The translations under genes and the position numbers were made by a program. A DNA stretch of 64,000 nt from Squalus acanthias. Lineage: Eukaryota. The notes below the pieces were generated by a model. It did no database searches. It saw nothing but the letters and a program-made list of their open reading frames with translations, and had not been told where the DNA came from. Positions 46,213-57,084 of this stretch are shown piece by piece; the first letter of the stretch is position 1, and each line of letters opens with the position of its first letter. Where the stretch lies: the NCBI GenBank assembly GCA_030390025.1, contig CM059438.1, forward strand, positions 62,126,001-62,190,000, written 5' to 3'.

Positions 46213-47509
46213 ATCATAACCTCTTCTCTCTTGTACTCTATATGTCCTGATTTGTAAAATCCGAACTACTATTGGTACTTTTTATGGTTTTATCTACCGG
46301 CACTTGCATTTTCAGGGCATTACACATGGGAACCCCTAATTCTGTCTGTTCCACCCCCACACCCTTCAGCGTCTTTCCATTAAGTGCGTCTCTTATTCCT
46401 TATTTTACAATGCAATGCAAACTAGGTAAAGGCCAGCGAGTAACTCAGCGACGTGGTGCATTACTTCACACTTCTTTGCAGTAAATCGCATCTGCTCCCT
46501 TTCTACCCATTCTGCTAAACTATCCATGTCTTTCTGAAATCTTTTACAGTCCCCCTTGCTCCTCGGCAAGTTTCAGTATTGTGTGTTCCTATGACCGAAT
46601 CCACATCATCTATTTATAACGAGAGAGTGAAAAATAAAAGTGCACCCCACTCCAACTCCTGTGATCTACCACTTCCAACCCTTTTCCAATCCAGTCAACA
46701 CCCATTAACTCTAATCCTTTATTATCCTGTCAATGAATTTCCTTCTGAAAATCCACATTTGCTACAGCTATTGCATTCCCTTTATACCCCCCAAACCAGG
46801 GAGAGCAAAATCTGGGTTGTTCATCCAGGGCATTGAATGTAAAAGCACCATAATATTTGTGTTAAATTAATAGTTTATAACTGTTTTGTAAGGCCAGAGG
46901 TATAGTCAGGTGTAATTGTGATGCAGTGACAGAGGGTGTTGGATGGCTCTGATTTGGAATTCACTGTGCTGGATATTATGATTGAGTGATGTAGTTTACG
47001 CATCGCAATGTAGTCTAAATACCTTTCTCACTCAGGGTCGTGCATTGTTCAGCTGTGGGAGCTGTGCACATTACCTATTTGACAGTGTGCATGTGCAGGG
47101 GTCTGACGCAGAGGTGGGCATGAGCCAAGGCAGCCCTCACTGAGTTATTCGCTGGCCTTTACCTACTTTGCATTGTTTAAGTTTGAGAATTGACACCCGC
47201 TATAATTGTTTTTTTGCTCACAAGCCACATACAGATGAGGAAGGCCATTCCATCCACAAAGACACTGCCTCCAGCACAGCATCCAACTGGTCTTTAAACC
47301 ATTCCAGAGTTTCTGCCTCCATTACCCTACCTGAAGGTCCATTCCATGTACTGATCACTTTCTGTGAGGAACTCCTGTCCCTATCCGTTCTAAATTTGGC
47401 TCTTGCTGGTGTACCCCCTTAACAAAGTGTCGGGGTTTAATGCGGAGTAGTTGTTCTGGGTTTACCTTTTCTATACGGCTTACTGTCTCATATACCTGTT
47501 GGAAGGTTT

Positions 47510-48662
47510 TCTTTATTCAACCTCGGGATATGGGAGCTGCTAACACGGCCAGCATTTATTGCTCATCCCTAGTTGCCCTTGAGAAGGTGGTGGTGAGCCA
47601 CTTTCTTGAACTGCTGCAGTCCATGTGGTGAAGGTGTTCCCACAGTGCTGTTGGATAGGGAGTTCCAGGACCCAGCGACAATAAAGGAAAGGCGATATAG
47701 AATCATATATCGCACAGAAGGAGGCTATTCAGTCCATCGTGCCTGTGCCGGATGTTTGGTAGAGCTATCCAATTAATCCCACTCCCCTGCTCTTTCCCCA
47801 CAGTCCTGTAAATTTCTTCCCATCAAGTACTTATCTAATTTTCTTTTGAAAGTTACTACTGAATCTGCTTCCATCACCCTTTCAGGCAGTGCATTCCAGA
47901 TCACAACAACTCGCTGTGTTTATAAAAAAAAAAATTGTTTTCTCATGTTGCCTCTGGTTCCTTTGCCAATCACCTTAAATCTGTGTCCTCTGGTTACTGA
48001 CCTTTCTGCCACTCAAAGTCTCTCCTTATTTACTTTATCAAAACCATTCATGATTTTGAACACCTCTATCAAATCTCCTCTTAACCTTCTCATCCCTGGT
48101 ACCAATCTAGTAAATCTCCTCTGCACCCTCTCCAAGGTCTTGACATCCTTTCTAAAGTGTGGTGCCCACAATTGAACACAATACTCCAGCTGAGGCCTAA
48201 CCAGTGTTTTATCAAGGTTTAACATAACTTCCCTACTTTTATACTCTATTTCTCTATTAATAAAGCCAAGGATCTCGTATGGTTTTTTAAAAGCCTTCTC
48301 GACTTGTCCTGCCACCTACAAAGATTTGTGTACAGACACCCCCAGGTCTCTGTGCTCCTGCACCCCCTTTAAAATTGTACCATTTAGTTCATATTGCCGC
48401 TCCTCATTAGTCTTACCAAAAAGAAGTCTGTTACTATCCTCATTGTTTACTACATTTCCGAGATTCGTATCATCTGCAAACTTTGAAATATGTCCAAGTC
48501 AGGATGGTATGTGACTTGGAGGGGAACATGCAGGTGATGGTGTTCCCATGCGCCTACTGCCGCTGTCCTTCTGTCTGGTGGTGGTTGTGGATTTGGGAGG
48601 TGCTGTCAAAGATGCCTTGGCGAGTTTCTGCAGTGTATCCGGTGTGCCGGTGGTGGAGGGTG
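47510..48662 (-). mobile_element. Single-ORF LINE tail interrupted by a CR1 3' fragment (47698-48490)
   Basis: ORF 48013..48315 is CR1 ORF2 C-terminus; host rejoins ggcgatat..tccaagtcagg. Confidence 0.8.
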
Positions 48663-48918
48663 CTTATTTGCCTCTTTTCAAGGCTCTAATAATCTAAAAA
48701 TCTCCTCATAACTTTAATGCTGGGTATCAATCTTGTGGCTTTTTTCTGCACCACCTCAAGTCTTTGAATGCTTTCCTTGCATCTCCATGACCAGAAGTAA
48801 ATGAGGCCGTGGAAGATAAGGGCAAAGATTTTAAACTAAGTGCATTAAGGGAAGGGAAGCAAATGTAAGTTTGCGAGGACAGTGTGATGGGCGAGTGAGA
48901 CTCTGTGCAGGACAGGAT

Positions 48919-49525
48919 AGGATTTGAGTACAGGGGTAAAGAAGTCTTACTCCAATTATATAGGGCCTTGGTGAGACCACACCTGGAGTACTGTGTACAA
49001 TTTTGGTCTCCTTACCTAAGGAAGGATATACTTGCCATAGAGGGAGTGCAACGAAGGTTCACGAGATTGATTCCTGGATGGCAGGACTGTCGTATGAGAA
49101 GAGATTGAGTAAACTAGGCCTGTATTCTCTTGAATTCAGAAGAATGAGAGGGGATCTCATTGGAGCATACAAATTTATTAGAGGACTTGATAGGGTGGAT
49201 GCTGGGAGAATGTTTCCCTTGGCTGGGGAGTCTAGAACCAGGGGCCACAGCCTCAGGATGAAGGGTAGGCCATTCAGGACTGAGATGAGAAGAAATTTCT
49301 TCACAGAGGGTGCTGAATCTTTGGAATTCTCTACCCCAGAGAGCTGTGGAGGCTCAGTCATTGGGTATATTCAAAACAGATTTCTGACTAGTAAGGGCAT
49401 CAAGGGATATGGCGATAGGGCCGGTGAATGGAGTTGAGGCAGAAGATCAGCCATGATCTCATTGAATGCCGGAGCAGGCTCGAAGGGCCGAATGGCCAAC
49501 TCCTGCTCCTATTTCTTATGTTCTT
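48919..49525 (+). mobile_element. CR1 3' fragment
   Basis: [33 protein letters not shown]; tail ttcttatgttctt. Confidence 0.88.
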
Positions 49526-51067
49526 AGGATACCATATAACAGTTTTGGACAAGTGGTAGATCCTTGGGGAACTTTGGAGATGAAGGTGTGAGGGAATGAA
49601 GAGAAGCCATTGTTGGAGATGGACTGGCTATGTTGAGATCGGTAGGGCAGCCCCAAGGAGCTGGTGACAGAGAAGAGGCATTGGAGGAGGATTGCAAAGA
49701 CCACTATGCCAAATTCTGCAAAGAGGCCGAGAGAGTTAATGCACCACAGCCACAACCACAAAGGATGTGTTGTGAGAAGAGTGGAAAGCAGACTGGAGGG
49801 ATACCAAGAGTGTGTTTTTGGAGAGGCAAGCACAGAGCTGGGAAGCAATGGTATATTCAAGGACATAGAGGGGAAAGGAAGGATGGAGATGGCATTGATT
49901 GCTGCTCCAGACTGATTGAATGCATTGAGTACTAGGTCTAATAATACGCTTAGATTTCTTTCAACTTCACCCTTAGTTACTCAACACTTACTGCACAAGA
50001 GGATAACCAGTACATCCAGCCACTTAAAAAGGCAGATCTTTAATGAAAAGTGAAAGACCTTTATCTTTTTGTTTTGCAAACATTGTGACAAAAGTACAGA
50101 AATGGTGTCAAAATACATCACTGCCTTATCGACACGTCTCATCGCTTGCATGTGATAGGTAGTTCCTCCTGACAGGGATCCTTATTAAAGGGGAAGGTAA
50201 ATATTTAAAGTACATCCCCTTTTTGTAGAAAAATGGTAAACTCACCTTAAATTTATTTGATTTATGTGTTTCTCTTAAGAAAATAAAAGTAAATTGACCC
50301 ACAGGCATGGAGACTCTTGAATAAGGTCTGCTCCCTGCTCGGCTGCTCTACATAGCCCATTATGGAGAGTATTCCTGAGCGGCTGCATTGTAATCAGCGT
50401 GGGGTGGGGAGGGAAGGGGTGTAACTCCAGACGGCCTGAGAGCCACTCCATAGCTGACCGAGCCCCAGAAACCATGGTACAAGCTGGGACATTTGTATTC
50501 CCAATGCTGGTAAGGCATTGATGCATTTTTATCCAATCTGTGTATTGCATTTAACTCTGGCAAATAGAGAAATAAAGGTATGGCACTTTTCATTAAAGCT
50601 GTTGCATGTTTTAAATAAAAATCAAATTAAATTGAAGTTTAGAATGTTTCTGCTATAAAACATGCGGAGAGTCTGCACTCTTTTCATAGGCAAATTGTAT
50701 TTTCTAACTTTTTTTCCCAATGAAAGTATTTCCCTAGACGTTCCTGCCCATTCACATAATGCAGTGAACATGCAAAGATGTTTGCCATGGAACTCTGTTA
50801 TAGCAACACAGCTGTGACTGGTCCTCCGATCACAGGGTGTATCCAGTCTCAACCTTTCCTGCACAACTGGAGCAAGCTGAGAGGACTGATACCAACTATG
50901 TGTGAGGGAGTCTGTGCTAGACGGAGTTCCAGTGAGGGTTATATGGTATCCTGTCCTGCACGTGAGGGTTACGGCATTATTCGTAGTTTGTGCTGCATTA
51001 ACCGAACAGAGTTCCTGTACAGTGAATAGGATGAGGGTTACTGCGTTAGTCATGGTGTGTGCGATAT

Positions 51068-51495
51068 TAACAACAACAGCAACAACAACTTTTATTTATA
51101 TAGCGCCTTTAACGTAGTAAAACGTCCCAAGGCGCTGAACAGGAGCGTTATAAGACAAATTTTGACACCGAGCCACATAAGGATAAATTAGGGCAGGTAA
51201 CCAAAAGCTTGGTCAAAGAGGTAGGTTTTAAGGAGCGTCTTAAAGGAGGAAAGAGAGGCGGAGAGGTTTAGGCAGCGAATTCCAGAGCTTAGTGCCTAGG
51301 CAACAGAAGGCACGGCCACCAAAGGTTGAGCGATTATAATCAGGGATGCTCAAGAGGGTAGAATTAGAGGAGCGCAGCTATCTCTGGGTGGGGGGGGTGG
51401 GGGGGTTGTGGGGCTGGAGGAGATTACAGAGCTAGGAAGGGGCGAGGCCATGGTGGGATTTGAAAACAAAGATGTGAATTTTGAAATCGAGACGC
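51068..51495 (-). mobile_element. L2 3' fragment
   Basis: Near-identical to 33768-34165. Confidence 0.88.
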
Positions 51496-52517
51496 TAACT
51501 GCAGAGTTCCTGTACAGTGAATAGGATGAGGGTTACTGCGTTAGTCATGGTCTGCGCTGTACTAGCTGTACAGGCTCTAGCATAAGGGTTACTGAAGGTT
51601 TGAGCATGTTGCTGAATGTCAAACCCTCGATATTTTAAGCTGATGTGTGCTGAGTACAGTTCTGTTCCGTTGGTGCCATGGAGAGAAACAGCTGGTACCA
51701 TCTCCGAGCAGCTCCACGTTTTGACAATTGTGCTCACTGTAAAATTATCTCTCAATATTCCGATTTATAGCCAAGCAGGCAATATTAGCATGAAATTTAA
51801 TTTGACATATTGCCTAATTTCCGAGAAAAATTAAATTAAATTCCCACCAACAAAAGTGATCTAAGCAGAAATAATTAGTTAAGCTTGCCAACTCTAAATA
51901 GCTTGAGTCATGATTTATATATTGGAACTAATGCACAGCAGCGGAGCGAGCAATGACCCAGCCAGTATGAGGGGGGCAGTGTGTGAACAAATGAGTCATG
52001 TACTCTAACCTTGATCACCTTTGGGGGCCTTGAGCCTGTATCAAGTAAAATGAGTTTTCAAGTGGTTTAAAATTACATTTTAATTTAAGTTCGACTTGCA
52101 GCTTTGAAAACACATCAACTGAGGCAGAATAAAAATGACACCGATTCAAGCAGCACTAATCCTTAGAACACCAGTTATTGCTGGGCAATTAATGATGAAG
52201 TTGACTGTCAAGGACAGATTATGCAGATCAGGGAACCGGTGAAGTGAGAATTGAGAACTGTAGCTCTACAGTGGCCACTTCTTTGATGCAGATGCGCAGT
52301 TTCTCCTGACGCAATCTGCATGTACTTCCATTCTTTCCCAGGGCATGTTGCCTTGATCTGGTGGTTATGGATGAAAAAACACTTGAGCACTGCGGTGTTC
52401 CAAACTCTGCTCAACATTGGGGCGAGGGTGAATTTCCTCAGGGCCGTAAGTTTAGCAGAAACCCCGTAAAACAGCGTTCCTGCCAAACCTGTGGCAGTGG
52501 CGCCCCAAGGAAATTCA

Positions 52518-52938
52518 TCTTATACTCGCTGGAGTTTAGAAGAATGAGAGGGGATCTCATTGAAACTTATAAAATTCTGACAGGACTGGACAGACTAGAT
52601 GCAGGAAGGATGTTCCCGATGGTCGGGGAGTCCAGAACCAGGGGTCACAGTCTAAGGATAAGGGGTAAACCATTTAGGACAGAAATGAGGAGGAATTTCT
52701 TCACACACAGTGGTGAACCTGTGGAATTCTCTACCACAGAAGGCAGTAGAGGCCAATTCATTAAATATATTCAAGAAGGAGTTGGATATATTTCTTAAGG
52801 CTAAAGGGATCAAGGGATATGGGGAGAAAGCAGGGACAGGGTTCTGAATTTGGATGATCAGCCATGATCCCATTGAATGGCGGAGCAGGCTAGAGGGGCC
52901 GAATGGCCTACTCCTGCTCCTATCTTCTATGTTTCTAT
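52518..52938 (+). mobile_element. CR1 3' fragment, same subfamily as 34881-38048
   Basis: LYSLEFRRMRGDLIETYKILTGLDRLDAGRMFP; tail cttctatgtttctat. Confidence 0.9.
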
Positions 52939-53715
52939 CCCCTAGGCCGTAGAATTCCCCATTTCCATTGCTTACCTTGATGGTTAATTTGCGCAGGGGC
53001 TGATTGAGTGGGGGAGAAAGTGACTGTGGGTGTGTCCATTCCTTGCTCTTTGATTGGCGTTCAGTCACCACGTTACAAGGCTCCTTTTTTTAAAAAAAAC
53101 TTTGCGCATATTGGAGCTTGTTGAGACTTGGGATCTTTCTGCTGCCGCCTCTGGTCCAGAGCTGGGGTGTGGTTGAGAACAAGGCCCTAATGTATTGTGG
53201 GATGACCAAGGAGGCTGCTACATAGAGCCGTAGTCTTAAAGGGAGATCGCCCTAAGTGGTTCCCCCTTATTTTGGCACAATGTTCGTCGGTATGTGGAGG
53301 CGGAACTGCATTCAAAGAACAAGATCATCGTCACAATGAGTAATCTAAAACGTACACACAGGCCTATCATCCTTCTAAAGCCTGGTGTGTTAGAGGAGGA
53401 GCATTACTCCCAGCATTACTCCATTATTTCTCCACCTATCAGCTGACTCACTTCACAATGTTATAAGAACTGTCACGTGGGACATAACCTTCGATGGAAG
53501 CTAGGGTGTCAAACTCGAGTGAAACCCGATGGAAAAGCTTCACGAGATGTAAGCTGTACGAAACTAGATAAGTAAATTTGTGCAATGGAATTTCTTTGCA
53601 CGTTCATGCAATACTACATATAATTTTAATGGCCTACCTGACTCGGGCACTGAGAGCACTTGTACCACCGTCAGTTGAACTGATACTTGTACTTTTTGGT
53701 CTGGTGTTTTTTCAG

Positions 53716-53834
53716 CTCGAGATGTACCAAAGGGTTTCTCAGAAGCAGCCTGACCGTCACTCAGACTTCTCCCGCTTGGCCAGGATCCTTACCGGCAATT
53801 CCATTGCACTGGTGCTGGGAGGTGGAGGGGCGAG
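53716..53834 (+). CDS. PNPLA7: PNPLA7-like exon G, start of patatin domain (GGGGAR loop)
   Basis: ttttttcag|CTCGAG...GCGAG|gtgagt; 119 nt, phase 0-2; [39 protein letters not shown](R). Confidence 0.95.
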
Positions 53835-54969
53835 GTGAGTCTAAACACTTGATGGTGAAAGTAGACACACTTAATCTTTTGTTTAAAACTCCCCGACTGA
53901 AACCGACCGCAAATATACCTCCAGAAACCGCAGAGGCTTTTCTCATTTTTAAAACTATTTCCCATTTCTTCTCCTTCCATCACTTCTTTCTGCTTTGTTT
54001 CCCCTACTGGGGGCAGTTCCACAGGGCTGAAGATTGACCACCTGGTTTAAATTCGTTTCTCTATAGTCCTGTTACTTACTTTCCCACCAGAGTTTTTCTC
54101 CTGAAGGCACTGGGTGGAAATCCGCTTCAGCCCGTTTTCGGGCCTGAAATAGTTAGCGTGCTAGCAGCTGGCGGCCCGAGGTACACCTGAATAAAAATGA
54201 CACCGATTCACAGTTCCTGCACAAAACATGTAGAAATGCACCGGACTTGGGTAAAAACCTTTAGAAGATTGCAGTGACCTTCCGGGACCAACAGCAAGAC
54301 TCGGAATGTATTTTTTAAGTGATCCCTAGTCTATAAAAATTGGAGGACAAATGGGCCTTCTGCCTGAATACCGGTTTCACAAGGTGCCAGCACCTGCTGT
54401 CTCCCTGTATGTGAATAATGAGGAGTGATTCCTCTGTTTAAGTGTCGATGGGATGGGGTTGCTGTGTTGGGGAATTTATTTCCATGTGTGTAGATGTGAA
54501 CACAGTTTGCAATAACTTCACTAATTGCACAATATTTCAGGTTAAATCCATTACCTTGTTGCTACCTGGGTGTAGCTTTCCCCAAATGGCAGGTTCTGTA
54601 ATATTGTAATTTTAGTGGGGAGGTGTTTTCTCAGATAACAGGAGGCTATCTTCAGTCTGGACAAGAACCAGTCGCCACTTCATTATCGGTTTTTAGGCAG
54701 CATTTTTTAAAGCATTAGGTTAACTCAAGGGATCAAAGACTGGCTTTTGATTTAAAATGAGTCACTGAAAATGACACCAGCTGTCACCTGGAAGAGCTTT
54801 GAATAAACAAAACACCGTATCTGATCGAGAGGTCCTGTAGTAATCTGTCAGCAGGTGGAAGAGCCAGGATTGCACAGCAGCTCAGAGGTGCACTAAGTGG
54901 ATCGGGTGCTGCGTTGCATTTACAACACTGGACTGTAAGCTCCGATACCATGGCCACTACTTCGCCTAC

Positions 54970-56590
54970 CTGGGCGGATCTGTGGCGGACGATGTCACTG
55001 GCGGGTCCCGACCCCGCTGCTGGCTCCATCCTGGCCTCTGAAATGATTTTCCCCTGATTGGGCTTGTTAAGCCCGCCCAGCGCATTTGCCAGCCAATTGA
55101 AGGAAGCGGGTCTGATGACCTCATTTGATGACGTGTCATCAGCCAGTTTCCTTATAGGGACCATGGCCAACTTTCTTTTGACGTTTGTGCTATCAGTGTT
55201 CTACAGCATTGAGGTGCTGCAAACACTGACAAGCACTGCACAGAGGTGCATGGCTGCACCCAGGCTCTCCCATGACTCCCTCCATATGCTTATGGTGGGA
55301 GTCAAAGCATGCAGGTGGGTCCTCTTCCCTTCCAATGGGCAGAAGAGACTTCCCCAGGAGTCCAATGCAGCCTGGTTGCACATTGCACAGGAGGGCACAA
55401 GCAGGGATATGTTCAGGAGGACCTGGGTGCAGTGCCACAAACATTGTGGTGGTTTCAATGATCTCATTAGATCAGGAAACGTTAGTACAAAGTCAAACTC
55501 AACTTCATCCTGCTGTGCCTCTCATCACATCCCCATCACTCTGCCTTCCCTACCCTACTCCTGCACATCCTTACTCACACCAACTTACCTTGCACCTCCA
55601 CCCATCCCTCTCTATCTACATTATCGCTTCCCCATCTCACTAGCCACCCCTTACACTCACCCTCATCCTAGTCCAATCATACCAACTAACAACACACAAG
55701 GGTAGGCACAAGGGTGAGTTGCAGTGAATGGTGAGACATAACGGTACCCCCCGCAATGCTGTTGAGTGTGAAAGGAATGGCTTGGGCATTGTAGGGATGC
55801 TTTATGTTGTTGGTGTGGGCTGGTGCCCACTTGGCGCAGCCAGGGTGTGTAGCGTCAAGTGAAGTAAATCTGGCCATGATGAGGCCATCTCTGGCTTCCC
55901 GGGCAAAAATGTGGTCGGGTGCTGATGCCCTCTGTCCTATGCAGCATCAGGTGATTGCGGAGAAGATTGGTGTGGTTGTTGATACTGCTGGTGTGCCTGG
56001 TGATGCTGGTGTTGGTGCTGACCGTGGTCAGATTCTGAGGACCAAGGTGAGAGAGTATAACCCGTACCCATGCTGATGGAATAGATGGCAGGTGAACTTG
56101 AGATCACAGAAGCGATCTGTCAGTGGTGAGAGAGGTTGTTCCAGTGAGGTGACGCTGGGTAGAGAGTTTGCTCCAAACACTTGCAACCTGCATAAAGCTC
56201 AATCTGTCTTCCAAATGCAGTAAACAACAGCTTCTGAGCTTGGAAAGTGAACAGCTGTGAGATGGGAGCTTTTATAGCACATTACAAGCTGTCACATAAT
56301 GAGATGATTCAATGGCCATTCAACTCCTGCCCAGCTTAACAGACATGATCCCCGAGCAGCGTGGACCCCATTAGCGAGCTGGTAAATTCTAAAGGTGAGC
56401 TCAAAATTGTTGTTAATCCTCTGTTAACAAAGTCATAATGACCTGAATTGCCTCCCCCGCCGCTGCCAGACCCGACATTTGGTAAAGGCACGTGGCGGCG
56501 TGTTGACAGCGGGGTCCCGACCCGCTGTCAAAAAAAACACATTTTCCCACCGATCCCGCCCGCTGACCACCCCCGGATAATTCCCTCCCA
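54970..56590 (+). mobile_element. Internally deleted Harbinger-like transposon with Myb/SANT-like remnant
   Basis: 55250-55480 MAAPRLSHDSLHMLMVGVKACRWVLFP...AAWLHIA...RTWVQCHK..FNDL; shared gcggg(g)tcccgacccgctg near both ends; boundaries approximate. Confidence 0.65.
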
Positions 56591-56689
56591 CGTTTCAGAT
56601 CAAACCCAGGCGCAGGTTTGGAGGTCATCTGTGTGATCGAGCTCATGACTAAATATGTTGCACGTTGGCCCTGTTGCTTTGCTCGCAAC

Positions 56690-57066
56690 TAGAATTTTTC
56701 TCCCCTTTTCCCTCCTGATGCCAATCTGCCTATTGTTGGGCTATGGCACCCTCCAGTATCTCACCCATGCGGCCTTTCTTCATGCGTGAGCCAAGGCAGT
56801 GTGCGTCAGGAGGCTATTCAACCGTGGCAGCATAAGAGCCAAGCCCAACTTTGTCTTCACCCAACATTCACATGTGCACCTTCCAACAAGGGTCACTGGG
56901 TAGTCATTCCAGAGCAGAAACCATTGTCCCGCCCCCCGCATGCTAATCTAGGCATTGAGGCCCATTGTAGCACCACTATTGCGACGTACCTCAGCACAGG
57001 CTGGGAATCAAACCTGGACCTCCTGGTCTGATTGACTCAAGTACTAATTATACCAACTGAATCATC
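56690..57066 (-). mobile_element. Family X tRNA-derived SINE
   Basis: Minus strand tgattcagttggta...cagaccaggaggtccaggtttgattccc...tgtgctgag. Confidence 0.6.
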
Positions 57067-57084
57067 AGCAGAGCCATCCAGATA

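Noticed and set aside
49530..49935. Purine-rich segment faintly like an RTE LINE linker, or a nested gene
   Set aside because: Too degraded for any diagnostic motif; no splice or ORF support.
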